Shown in pieces: positions 26,456 through 38,784 of a DNA stretch of 64,000 nt. The DNA is from Ancylonema sp. Its lineage: Eukaryota. The position numbers and the translations under genes are program-made. Position 1 is the stretch's first letter; every line of letters begins with the position of its first letter. Where the stretch lies: the NCBI GenBank assembly GCA_050230475.1, contig JBFLGF010000105.1:1-64000 (forward strand), written 5' to 3'. Below the pieces are notes generated by a model. It made no database searches. It was given only the letters and a program-made list of their open reading frames with translations, and had not been told where the DNA came from.

Positions 26456-27099
26456 TCAGCGTAGGGCTACATGAGGATGGCATGCATGGCAGCCAACTGT
26501 CACGCCAGCTGGCACTTGAAAGAGTGACAGCTCATGGTGCCGTGCTGGTGACACGCACGATGACGATCAGGTACCAGAAACTACCGGGAAACTACCGAGA
26601 AAGTTCCTGAGATATTGAATCCGTGGATTTCGGCCCATTGGTTGGTTGGTCCATCCAGAATAGATTCCGACATGTCAAAATAACGCTTAAAAAAAGGGGG
26701 AAAATATACAACAAACAAACGAACGAAAACAAACGAGAAAGAACAAAAATAAAAAAGGAAATAAAAACAAAAAACGAAGAAGGGAAGGACACACCATCAC
26801 ACAAAAACAGTTCTCTCTTGCTTTGGTATCCTCTACTCATTATGAACCTCTGGGTGCACATCCCTTCTCCCCCTCACGTCGACCGGAGCATCCGATGCAT
26901 TCATCCTCAGGGTGCGCGTCAGTGGTCCCCATCCCTTCGGCCCCTTTTCATTTAAAATGCGGATTGAGTGATTGAGTGATTGAGTGATTGAGATAGCATT
27001 TTGAACACGATTCTGTTTACGGGATGACACGAGCAATCCAGATACGTGTTCGCCATTATTTCAAGTGCTTGTTTCCCTGGAAAGCACGTCAGATCATCT

Positions 27100-27960
27100 C
27101 AAAACGCGTATGATTGACCCGAACTCGAACTGGAACCAAGAGGTGGAGAGGTGTTATTTACAAAACAGCAGAAAAACGGACGGGAGTACACGGGAATCCA
27201 CAGGGACAGCTGTACCAACCGAGATTCGCTTTTTCGTCACCATCACTGGCCCCCAACCCTTTCGGAGCGGCAATGCAGGCGAAAAAGGAGGCTCGAGGTG
27301 CTGCCACGTGCCCTTTTTCGATTGGCAGACTGGTCCCGTCCGACTTTCCGTGCCTTCGCTTGGATGTCCCAGCTGAATTTTTGGCACGAATGCGCTAGCC
27401 AGGTGCCAGCTGCTTCACAAGGTGCGAGCCAAGCCTGCGGAGTCGAGCTGCCCACGTGGCCTGAGACACGAGCGGCAGCTGACGTCTGGTGGGAATTAAG
27501 AGATGCGGAACCTTCTCTGCTGTTTTGGATTCGTTTCGGGCGGAAAGTATGCATTCCCCCCATGATGAAAGACCGTTCGGTGGCTGCGCTGAGGTCGGGA
27601 CCGAAATGTACGAGGCCTAGAATCAGGTATCAGCCCTGGGTTGAGAATCAGGCGTGAGCAGCAGGAGACAGTTCCCGTCTGCTTCGCGCCCAGTATATAA
27701 ACGCAGCCTACTGTAAGTGGCACTATCAAGGGGGCAGCAGGCCAGAGGGGAGATCGAGGGGAGATTGAGGTGTAGGGGAGGGAGAGCCAGTCCGGTTAAG
27801 AGGTAAGATGTAAGAGGTAAGAGGTAAGAAGTAAGAGGTAAGAGGTGAAGAGGTAGCCGTACAACATTAAAATCGTCACCTTTATATCCTGTCACTTCTA
27901 TGGGGGAAACGTACAAGCCGTGGCTGTAAAACTTACCTGGTCTAATATATTATTAACAAC
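27100..27960. mobile_element. Probable LTR-derived segment with a TATA box and an (AAGAGGT)n array
   Basis: TATATAAA at ~27694 is followed by a purine-rich tract and 7-bp repeats at 27798-27855. No coding homology was recognised and the boundaries are approximate. Confidence 0.3.
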
Positions 27961-28004
27961 TAATCTTACCGTACCGCCCAGAGATAATGATCCGAAAATA
28001 ATTC

Positions 28005-28545
28005 AAGAATTGTACATTATTGAAAAACGACAGAAACCCCATTTCATTACAAGAACGAGCATATATGGAAATTACATGTCCTAAAAAAACGACAAATATG
28101 TGAGCCGATCGTACTAAACAAAACTAGCAATAATATGCAACTCCGAAGAAGAAAGTGGAATGTGCGGTGGTGGGGGAGGTAACAAGGCCATGGATTGCTC
28201 TAGACGTAGGGTTCTAGCATGTATTGCATGTGCTAGCGATCGTTGCGATGCAATCGAAACTCATTGACGGAACCATGTGCACAACAAGCTAATAGAGGGC
28301 CCTGATCCAGCACACTCTCTAGAAGCTAAAGTTGCACTCTCGACCAAAAATTGATCCGACCATATCAGACAATGCATAGTATATCTCAATAGCGAAAGCA
28401 CAAATTTCGTCCTAGCTGCGCGATCCCGATGGTGAGTTTCCTTCCTTTGCTCCGCATCTGTAGCGACAACAAGATCCTGCCTAGCGGTGCGCTCCACCAA
28501 ATCATGACGGGTAGGGTCTGCGGCAATAATGTCGACTCAATATTA
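28005..28545 (-). mobile_element. RLE non-LTR retrotransposon 3' fragment (endonuclease C-terminus plus 3' UTR)
   Basis: ORF 28261-28500 (AEQRKETHHRDRAARTKFV...SLLCTWFRQ) aligns with 43536-44096. Confidence 0.85.
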
Positions 28546-28590
28546 AAATTTACGCACCAAATCAACTCACCAGTCGTCAGAGAGTGTCGA

Positions 28591-28776
28591 TTGCATGTGC
28601 GACACATGCTAGAACCCTACGTCTAGAGCAATCCATGGCCAGGTTACCTCCCCCACCACCGCACATTCCACTTCCTTTTGCGGAGTTGCATGTTGTTGCT
28701 AGTTTTGTCTAGAACGATCGGCTCACCAATTTGTCATTTTTTAGGATATGTAGTTTCTATACCAGCACGTTCTTGT
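28591..28776 (+). mobile_element. Second copy of the same 3' UTR in inverted orientation
   Basis: Reverse complement of ~28050-28240. Confidence 0.85.
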
Positions 28777-29213
28777 TCTCCATGTTACTAGTGTAACGTA
28801 AATCATAAACGTGTGTATCATCATCGTGATTATAGCATCGAAATTGAAACGACGTCATTTGGCCATCCCTTGCTCTCTGTATTTTCGTCGCCTACTTTAG
28901 TTGACTTTGTTTCAGGCGTCATTATAAAGCTTTGAAGCTCTGCCCTCGTTAAAGCTTTGACTTGTCCCTCGATTGTCGATAGGCCCCTGAACCCGCGCAA
29001 TGTTTTCCCGGCTGCACCAGCAATCATTTGGACACCACAAGCGGTGCGTCCATAGACAGCTGTAGTGTCGGTGCCGAGGCCACGCGCGCAGCCATACCTG
29101 ATCGTCACAGCCTCCAAAGCTACTCATATTCACGTATCGGAGGATCCATTTTGTGCCATCTTTCCCGTCTGCAAAGAAGTCACGGATTTCTCTGCCGTGA
29201 GTGGAGGACCTGA

Positions 29214-30749
29214 ATGGGGGACGAGGGCAAGGAAAACGCGGTCGAAAATTTATCCAATTTTACCGGTACTGATCACGAGGTAAGAAAATCTGTGCTCTTG
29301 GATTCCTCACATTGCCATATAAACTGTTATTCGAGTCCGGATTGTCAGCTTTGGGAGGGGAGCATGGAGCACGCCAATTCCGATGAAAGCGCGCGATGTA
29401 TACACGAATACCTCGATACCGCGACGTTATTGAAATTTTCGATCAACTCGGCAGTTATTATAGAAGCGGCAATTGTGGCTGGTTCTCCTATATTCGACAA
29501 ATCGATCAGAAAATGAAACTTATCACACGGTGTAACAACCGGTAAAAAACAAAAAACGGCGGCTTACCTTAATCTCAAACTCGAATCTCACATGTGAGTG
29601 CAGAACAAAACGCGGGATTTCAATTCTGCAGTTTCCTTTCCATTGCCATCCCTGCACAGAGATAAGTAGACACGACCGGCCTGTGAGCTAAAGTTGCTGC
29701 ACCCCTCCTTCTGTTGGCAGTTGCTCATCCGGATTGTGAAGGAGTGTCAGCGCAGCAACTGCACGGGGTCGTTCGGCATTTGGAAGCAGTACCTCGCGAC
29801 CCAGGTGGACCACAAGGCCAGTCCAGGCCCCAATGACCCGGCAAAGCGGCCCTGGCAGGTGCTGGCTGGCTTTCTGGGATCGCTCAGCAAGGAAGACGAT
29901 GTGAAGGTCAGCCTCGCCTCCCTCACCACTGCTGTGTGCTGTGTCGCATGGGGGTGAGCCCAGTTTAAGCCCAACCTGGTTCCCCATTTGGACAGCTGGT
30001 TGAGCGCATCCGCAAATGGTCAGCCTGTCGAGCCAAGGCCAAGGAGGCAGAGAAGGCGGACCCCTGGCCCTCGACTCCCATCCAGGTTGGGATCGAAGAA
30101 TATCACGATAGCACATAGAGGATATTTTTCCACATGAATTTTCAAATCTTACAGTTTCGTCAGGGTAGCACGCAAATTGGACCAGGAGCAGGTAGCGATT
30201 GTTTTTGTATTATCCACCAATCCACCAATCTACCAAACTACCAATCAGTTGCTCATCCAGGCCTCTGCAGCGTCCACACCGGTAGCATCTGCAGCCTGGG
30301 TGGGTGACCGTAGTGATCAAACAGCAATGCCCGTTTGGGTGGGCAAGGGTTTTTGTGACATTTTTGTACGCCTGACACTGACGACCTTCTGGAAGCTTTT
30401 TCAGGAGCTGGTGCTACGCACGAGGCAGCACCCGCGCTACAGTGTGAACTACAACCTGCCGTCCTTCGGAGAGGACTGGGTGGTCACCAACCGCGTCTCC
30501 CCCAGGGCCGCTGGGGTGAAGGAGCGGCTGCTGGCAGTGGACTGCGAGATGGGGGTGGGGGAAGGGCAGAGCCGGGAGCTGCTGAGGGTGGCAGTGGTGG
30601 AGGGGAGCGGGAAGGTGGTGCTGAGTGAGCTGGTGAAGCCCAGCGGGGCGGTGGTGGACTACAAGACAAGCATCACGCATTTCACTCATTACAACGATGA
30701 CTGTTATATCGAATATGTTACACGTGTGAATGAGCCCGATGGTAAATGA
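29214..30749 (+). pseudogene. Truncated duplicate of the SDN exonuclease gene
   Basis: Exons 29214-29279, 29721-29906, 29996-30085 and 30404-30676 parallel the full copy. Homology stops after VVDYKTSIT, so only ExoI (DCEM) is retained. An in-frame stop follows at 30747-30749. Confidence 0.85.
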
Positions 30750-31237
30750 CACGACAACGTCTATAACGTACATACGTATATATGTGTACGCTATACTAGT
30801 GTTACATGTAACGTATATTTACAACGTGTACCATAAACGTGTGTATCATCGTGATTAGAGCATCGAAATTGAAATGACGTCATTTGGCCATCCCTTGCTC
30901 TCTGTATTTACGTCGCCTACTCTTTGTTGACTTTGTTTCAGGCGTCAACACAAAGCTTTGAAGCTCTGCCCTCGTTGAAGCTTTGACTTGTCCCTCGATT
31001 GTCGGTGGGCCCCTGAACCCGCGCAATGTTTTCCCGGCTGCATATGGACACCGTTAGCGGTACGAATATGGGACCCAAGTGATTTGTGGTGACGGTGCCG
31101 AGACCATGCGCGCAGCCATATCTGATCGTCACAACCTCCAAAGCTACTCATATTCACGTATCGGAGGATCATACTTGTGCAATCTTTCCCGTCTGCAGAG
31201 AAGTCACGAATTTCTCTGCTGTGAGTGGACGACCTGA

Positions 31238-34059
31238 ATGGGGTACGAGGGCAAGGAAAATGCGGTCGCAAATTTATCCAATTTTACCAGTACTGATCAC
31301 GAGGTAAGAAAATCTGTGCTCTTGGATTCCTCACATTGCCATATAAACTGTTATTCGAGTCCGGACTGTTAGCTTTTGGAGGGGAGCATGGAGCACGCCT
31401 ATTCCGATGAAAACGCGCGATGTATACACGAATACCTCGATACCGCGATGTGATTGAATTTTTCGATCACCTCAGCAGTTATTACAGAAGTGGCGACTGT
31501 GGCTGGTTCTCCTATATTCGACCAGAACATGAAAATGAAACTTAACACAAGGTGTAAGAACCGAAAAAAAACAAGAAACGGCGGCTTGCCTTAATCTCAA
31601 ACTCGAATCTCACGTGTGATTCCAGAACGAAACGCGGGATTTCAATCCTGCAGTTTTCTGTCCTTGGACACCCCTGCCCAGAGATAAGTAGACACGACCG
31701 GCCTGTGAGCTAAAGTTGCGGCACCCCTCCTTCTGTTGGCAGTTGCTCATCCGGATTGTGAAGGAGTGTCAGCGCAGCAACTGCAGTGGGTCGTTCGGCA
31801 TTTGGAAGCAGTACCTCGCGACCCAGGTGGACCACAAGGCCAGTCCAGGCCCCAATGACCCGGCGAAGCGGCCCTGGCAGGTGCTGGCTGGCTTTCTGGA
31901 ATCGCTCAGCAAGGAAGACGATTTGAAGGTCAGCCTCGCCGTCCTCACCACTGCTGTGTGCTGTGTGCTGTGTCGCATGGGGGTGAGCCCAGCTAAAGCA
32001 CAACCTGGTTCCTCATTTGGGCAGCTGGTTGAGCGCATTCGCAAATGGTCAGCCTGTCGAGCCAAGGCCAAGGAGGCAGACAAGGCGGACCCCTGGCCCT
32101 CGACTCCCATCCAGGTCGGGATCGAAGAGTGTCACAATATCATGCACGTAGAGGATAGTTTTCCGCATAAATTTTCAAATCGTACAGTTTTCGTCAGGGT
32201 GGCACGCAAATTGGACCAGGAGCAGGGAGAGATTGTTTCGTATTATCCACCAATCCACCAATCAGTTGCCCATCCAGGCTTCTGTAGCGTCCACACAGGT
32301 AGCATCTGCAGTCTTCCAGAGATTGCGGTGTTTCGCAGCATAGAACAGAGGGTCAAGGAGGTTGTGATTGATGGCTGGAGCGGACGAGACAAGTGCGTGA
32401 TCATATTGATAAAACAGCAATGCCTGATGGTTGGGCAAGGGTTTGAGGGACTCTGTGACACTTTTGTACGCCTGACACTAACGACCTTCTGGAAGCTTTA
32501 AGCTTTTTCAGGAGCTGGTGCTACGCACGCGGCAGCACCCGCGCTCCGGTGTGAACTACAACCTGCCCTCCTTGGGAGAGGACGGGGTGGTCAGCGACCG
32601 CGTCTCTCCCACGGCCACTGGGGTGGAGGAGCGGCTGCTGGCAGTGGACTGCGAGATGGGGGTGGGGGAAGGGCAGACCCGGGAGCTGCTGAGGGTGGCG
32701 GTGGTGGAGGGGAGCGGGAAAGTGGTGCTCAGTGAGCTGGTGAAGCCCAGCCGGGCGGTGGTGGACTACAAGACAGCCATCACAGGGGTGAAGCCGGCGG
32801 ACATGAAGGAGGTGGCATTCTCACAGGCGGACGCACAGAAGGCCGTGAAGGCGCTGCTCACTCCCGGCACAGTGCTGGTGGGCCACGGGCTGCACCACGA
32901 CCTCCGAGTGTTGAAGGTGGACTGTGCGCGGGTGATCGACACCTCTCTCATCTTCTCCTATGCGGGGCTGGAGGGAGGCATCCCCTCCCTCCAGGACCTG
33001 GCCCTTTCGCTGCTGAAGAACCCCATTCGGGTGGGGCCGTTGGCAGCCCACGATTCGGAAGAGGATGCGAGGGCAGCGCTGGAGTTGGTGAAGAAGGAGA
33101 TGGCGGAGGGCCCCCTCCCTCCCCTCCTGCCCCCCTCGACCCAGGTCGAGAAGACCGAGCTCACCAAGCTCTTCCTCCACAAGCTGCCAAGAGGCACAAC
33201 CCCAGCGGACCTTGCCGCCATGTTTCCAGCAGACCCAGCGCCCCCCCACGTGCAGATGATCACGTGGGGCTCTGCCGGTGTGGGGACCACGTTTGCTGTC
33301 TTTGGGAGCACAGAGCAGGCCAACCGCGCCTTCCGGGGGCTGGTGGGAGGTGGGGGGAAGGACTCTCTGGGGCGACCCCAGAAGAGCGGGGAGTTGACAG
33401 GGGGGGGGGGGATGACGGTCCGCAAAATGGGGTGCCACAATGGCACGCAATTCGGGGTGGATCTGAAAAAGGGGACAGCAGGGGGCACCAAGACAGCTGG
33501 AAGACCCCAGGCTGGGCAAGATAAAGCGTCAGAGACAGCTGGCACTCCGGTGGCGGAAGGTGTAGCGCCTTCGGGGAGGGAAGGGGGTGCGGCACCTGGG
33601 GAGGAGGGAAGGGGGGAGAAGAGGGGGGCAGAGGGGGGAGAGGGGGAGGAAGTGGCGGCAAAGAAAGCCAAAGCAACCCACCCCATCGCCGATGCTGAAG
33701 GAGGGGGAGGGGCGAAGCAGGTATTGACGCAGGTGAGGGTGGCCACGGAGGGGGCCACAGAGAAGAGTTTGCGAAAGAAGAAGAGCAAGGTGGAGAGGGC
33801 GCTGAGACGAGCCGCCGCCCGAGGGGAGGTGGTGCATCGGGCGGATGGGGCTGCAGCGCTGGAAACGGGGATGGAAAAACCCAGCTGGCCCCTCCCCACC
33901 GGGGACACCCGTGGGGCAGGGGGGGCGGTGGTGGGAAACGGGGTGAAAGGGGGTGGAGAAGTGGACGTGTTGAAACACAAGTTGGCAGAGAGAGATTCGG
34001 AGGTGGCGGCGCTACAGAGATTGGTGACAGAGCTGGCGAGGAGACAGAGCTCGCACTGA
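31238..34059 (+). CDS. SDN: Small RNA degrading nuclease (SDN)-like DEDDh 3'-5' exonuclease with RRM and C-terminal coiled coil
   Basis: Exons 31238-31303, 31743-31928, 32025-32114 and 32512-34059. SDN-type N-terminus (VKECQR...WKQYL...DPAKRPWQVLAGFL), ExoI AVDCEM, ExoII VGHGLHHDL, ExoIII HDSEEDA and an RRM starting LFLHKLP. Confidence 0.9.
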
Positions 34060-34549
34060 CTCACATGTGTGCCACCAGCTGGGAACGCTGTGGTCTTTAT
34101 GTGTAGGGAGGTTGTCATATGGTAGAGAGTCATGTACTTGTAACGACATCCAATGTGTACCACATGCCAATGTAGGTTGTCACTAAGCATTGTGTGCTTT
34201 ACATTCCACCCCAATGCATCACTTCCCATGTGTGTCGCACAAACGCAATTGAAATGCCATTAGGATTTGCAATGTCACTAAAAGATACTGAAGGCAGTTC
34301 AGTTGTTGAGCTTCCGGCAATGTTGTTTGTGAAGTAGTCGATGGTTATCAGTGAGTTGGTTAGTAGCCCAGAATGTCTGAATGCATACGCTCATTCACAC
34401 TCGCATGCGCAGCATGGAAATCAAAATGGAAATCTATGGATTGCAAAGAGTGTTCGCGCAGCTCACTCAGACACGCTTCGCTGAGTGGGGACGGTCAAGG
34501 AACATATTGCCGATCGTCATTGACTCGTTACTCCACATGACAAGGTAGA

Positions 34550-35400
34550 GGTTCAACAAAGTGATGTAGGAAAATATTTTGAGCATTATATGATCAATAG
34601 CTGTGGATGGAGGTGCAGGTGGTATTTGATTTGATTTGTTTATAACATTAAAAATTGATTGTTATTGCAGAGAAGGGTAATTTGTGTATAGCCCAAAAGG
34701 TTTTAAAACATTAGCGCAATCCATGGCTGTGCTTGTTGTCTCGCATTCGAACGATTTGACAAGTGTTTGCGCCAATGTGGGTTCATATCTTTTCTTCTGG
34801 TAATGGTTGGCACTGGTAACAACAATGTCGATTTTGTCTAATTTGCACCTATCACGTCACGGTTCTACGGTGAAGCTCACAAGCTACCAATATCCGTGTC
34901 AACGGACATGGTTGGTGAGAATCGCCAAGCGATGGAGGACACTACAAATGGATCGTGTTTTGTTGGTGATGAAAGGGTGTGGTATTTGGTTGTTTTTGTA
35001 CACATCGTTTGTTGACTACAAAGATTTTGATCATGATACAATAACCATGTACTTGCATGTGTGACGCGCGCAGTTTGTAATACATCAATCTACTTGTAAT
35101 ACATCAACCCATTGTGGCCAATGCGCATAATGATAGCAAGCATGAAACTAATAATCACACAATTTACCACACAAACACAGATAAAGGAGATTGTTGGTGG
35201 ATTGCACCGGAGTGATGACTCCAACCCAAAGAAATCTATTATATTCTCTAACGTTTCATGTTCTCAACTTGAGGACCTCAATAAAGTTACTCGTTTTTCT
35301 TCTTCCGAACTTTGCTTATGGCATGCAAGATGCATTCACAACGTTGAAAAAGCCTCACATATACCTCCAAAACACCACATAGTTCATGGCAATGGATACA
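34550..35400 (+). mobile_element. Highly decayed Copia-like relic
   Basis: A GAG-pre-integrase-like LCLWHAR lies at ~35310 and a broken zinc-knuckle-like stretch at ~34655. There is no long ORF. Confidence 0.35.
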
Positions 35401-36064
35401 TGTATATGGAATGCACGTACTGACAGAAAACCCACTAATTTCCCTACCGATTCGTACTTACGTCGCTATTATTACAACTATCAGATAGCATACAGTGTAG
35501 GCAATGGGACAAAAAATATACTAACCAATGAGCCTTTACACAACCACATAGGCTTGATGACCGTCACTCCCGTCTGGCATGCATGTTGCACCCCGCGTGA
35601 TTCCCCATCACAAAAATTGTTGCAAGTAACTCATGCTCCAAACACTATCTAAACGTGTCCAATGCAGGATGCGCACTGTGTGAGGCTGTACCGGGCGGAA
35701 GCTGCATCGCTAATAGCATCACCGTCCAAGTGCGGCACAGTCACCACAGCATCCGGCGATCAAATGTCTCACGGTGTGGTAGTTCCTACCAGACCTGGGA
35801 CTCGCCTTCGAGGTGCTTCTAATGTGACCAGAGCTAAGGGTTTCACATCCGCCTGCATGTAAGCACAAAAAAAATACTGCCGGCGGTGCAGCCTCGAGTT
35901 GTCTTTCCAGACGTACCGGACGCGTTGCCGATGTACACAAGCGCCTTCAAAACTTTTGGAACAAAATTTGGTGAACAGGTTTCATATGTTTACTGCCCTG
36001 TATGTAACCACTGCCCTGTATGTAACCTCTGCCCTCACCAGAAATGGCTACTAGCTTTTCTCGC

Positions 36065-37213
36065 CTACAAAGACTCCTCCTTCCCTCTCTCCCCCCTCGG
36101 TACCACTGAGGCCAGCTGCCCCTCCCCAGCCTGCAATCCCTTCACATCCACCACAATGTGTTTTGCTTCTATGACAGGCAGCACATCCTCTGTCACCAAC
36201 AGGGTGTCAGCAGCGCGAGCCCTGGGGGACGGAATTTTGGGGCTTGGGGCCCAAGGGGATGGGGTTCCGGGGCTTGAGGCTTTCAGGGAAGGTTCGGAGC
36301 TACGCCCAGTCGACTGCTGGTACATCACCCCTCCGCAAACAGTAACTAGCAAACAGAGAATCCCAACTGGAGACCCATGCTTGTCCCAGATGGCCACGTT
36401 GACGATGACGGTGAGCAGCTTGTTGGTGACACCTAAAACGGTGAAGGAAGTGGCGGATATGGCTCTCCGGCATGCAAACCCGTAGAAGCTGATGGCTACC
36501 CCGAACGCGCACGACATGCCCACCGGAATCATCACCCAAGGCTTTACAGATTCTCTGATGGTCGCTGCATCCGTCTCCCTGAACTCACCCGTGACTATCC
36601 AGAAAGCAGGGGAGAGAAGCATAGATATCGCATTGTTGTACAGAACCAGACCCCAGGTGGTAATCCCCAGAGAGTTCACGACATGCTTGATGTAAACCAT
36701 GTCGAAGGTGATGATGGCCAGATAAGCGAAAGCCCAGGCATATGCGCGAACACTGAACTGGCTATCGGTAACAACATATCCGACAGCACCCAGAAATATG
36801 GTTCCCAAGCTTGCGAATGTGAACATAGACGGCCACTCTTCGCGTCGGAATATGGTATCAGCCACAGCAACCATGATAGGCGCCGCAGAACGAAAAACTA
36901 TAAAGGTATCTACGTTCGCGTGTTTCAGAAGGTTTGTATTTGTGAAAATGGCCAAGTAAAAACATACTGCAGCGGGCAGAAACGCGAATACAACCGACCA
37001 CTGGAAGGGATCCGCCTTGAGAATTCTGAGAACTAACAGGACGCCAACAGCGATGACGCAGGTGGCATACGGCAGGGCCGTGAGTACTGTAGGGAATGGA
37101 AACACAGATATTGCGGCTTTGTTCACCACAGCGAGGAGGCTTGAGCAGAGTGCGTATCCGATGATGACCGGGAGGACTGAAACGTCTCCAAAAAAGACTT
37201 CAGGGAGCCTCAT
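36065..37213 (-). CDS. Golgi GDP-sugar transporter, GFT1/GONST4-like (GDP-fucose type), intronless, copy 1
   Basis: 382 aa with IGYALCSSLLAVVNK, FYLAIFTNTNLLKHANVDTFIVFRS, WGLVLYNN and the GDP-binding G-x-x-NK motif (GVTNK). Confidence 0.9.
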   Translation of the reverse strand: MRLPEVFFGDVSVLPVIIGYALCSSLLAVVNKAAISVFPFPTVLTALPYATCVIAVGVLLVLRILKADPFQWSVVFAFLPAAVCFYLAIFTNTNLLKHANVDTFIVFRSAAPIMVAVADTIFRREEWPSMFTFASLGTIFLGAVGYVVTDSQFSVRAYAWAFAYLAIITFDMVYIKHVVNSLGITTWGLVLYNNAISMLLSPAFWIVTGEFRETDAATIRESVKPWVMIPVGMSCAFGVAISFYGFACRRAISATSFTVLGVTNKLLTVIVNVAIWDKHGSPVGILCLLVTVCGGVMYQQSTGRSSEPSLKASSPGTPSPWAPSPKIPSPRARAADTLLVTEDVLPVIEAKHIVVDVKGLQAGEGQLASVVPRGERGKEESL

Positions 37214-38784
37214 GGCGAACTACATTCTGGCCAGATCCCAGGGTCGATTAGAGGACGACCCTGTAGGGCCAACATGACAGAAGAAAACGACGATGCAGAG
37301 GCGCCTCTTCTTGACACGGTCGTTAGACGGCCATGCTTTACCAGTGCTTGCCACTTGTCCTCCTATTTATTGGTAATAAATAGTGTCAACGGCCACAAAC
37401 CGGTTCAGTCCAATAATAATCTGTTACAGGCACCATGGTTTAAGGGCATGGGCCACGTCATAAGCAACAAAAAGTCGATTTCTTTAACATCTACAGTAAA
37501 TACTCGTTGTCAGCACACACGTTATTGGCACAGTCGCGTTATACGCATCAGAATCGTGCAAACTGACTTTCCCCCGCCAAATCGTCTTCGTTATAGGCGC
37601 TAACCACCACGTCATAGGCACCAAAAAAATGGCGAGTTTTTAACCTAATCGAGTTATGACGTCATAACACGTGCAGACGTCGATTTCGAGCCGGGGAAAA
37701 ATTCGCCGCACGCCATCTACTTCGTTTTTTTATGAGAGCGGTCATAATACATTTGCTCTTCACAAATCGGCCTGTCGTGTATAATACCATCGTGTAATGT
37801 TCTCACGTGCGATCAAGGATTTATAACGAGCTTTGTCGTTCTATGCATTCAAACGTGCGAATTAAATGTGAATTCGTTGTCATGGATGTAATCACATAGC
37901 GTCGTGACTAAACAAGGTCCACCATCCACGCGTGCGAGATAACATACATCACTTGCAAGCATATCACATGCGTATACAACATGTCGAAAACTAACAACTA
38001 TATTATTTGTTAGTTTCCTATGGCAAGACTATGCCGTTCGGACTAAACGTAATGTGTTTCAATACGATGAATGGGAATGCGAATTCTCACTCAATGCAGA
38101 TATGTTAAAGGTTGGTCAAAGTCAGCCGAAACACTTCAGAATACTCGATACACGATATTTTGAGTCAAGATTTTTTCAGCGGTTCCCGAGGTATTTTAAG
38201 ACCTGTTAAGGTCTGAGTACAAGATGTACATAATATATAACTCACAACTTGTCAGTCCATAAAAGCTCGTGTGCCTATATAGTACAATTTAGAGTGGAAT
38301 AGGCACGGACACCTATATCCAGAATTGTGCCTATAGCGGAATATAACATGTATAGCTCCAAACACTATCTAAACGTGTCCAATGCAGGATGCGCACTGTG
38401 TGAGGCTGTACCGGGCGGAAGCTGCATCGCTAATAGCATCACCGTCCAAGTGCGGCACAGTCACCACAGCATCCGGCGATCAAATGTCTCACGGTGTGGT
38501 AGTTCCTACCAGACCTGGGACTCGCCTTCGAGGTGCTTCTAATGTGACCAGAGCTAAGGGTTTCACATCCGCCTGCATGTAAGCACAAAAAAAATACTGC
38601 CGGCGGTGCAGCCTCGAGTTGTCTTTCCAGACGTACCGGACGCGTTGCCGATGTACACAAGCGCCTTCAAAACTTTTGGAACAAAATTTGGTGAACAGGT
38701 TTCATATGTTTACTGCCCTGTATGTAACCACTGCCCTGTATGTAACCTCTGCCCTCACCAGAAATGGCTACTAGCTTTTCTCGC

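Noticed and set aside
32958..34229. 423-aa antisense ORF
   Set aside because: Shadow of the GC-rich SDN exon with no recognisable domain. The same applies to 49604-50641 opposite the VID27-like gene.
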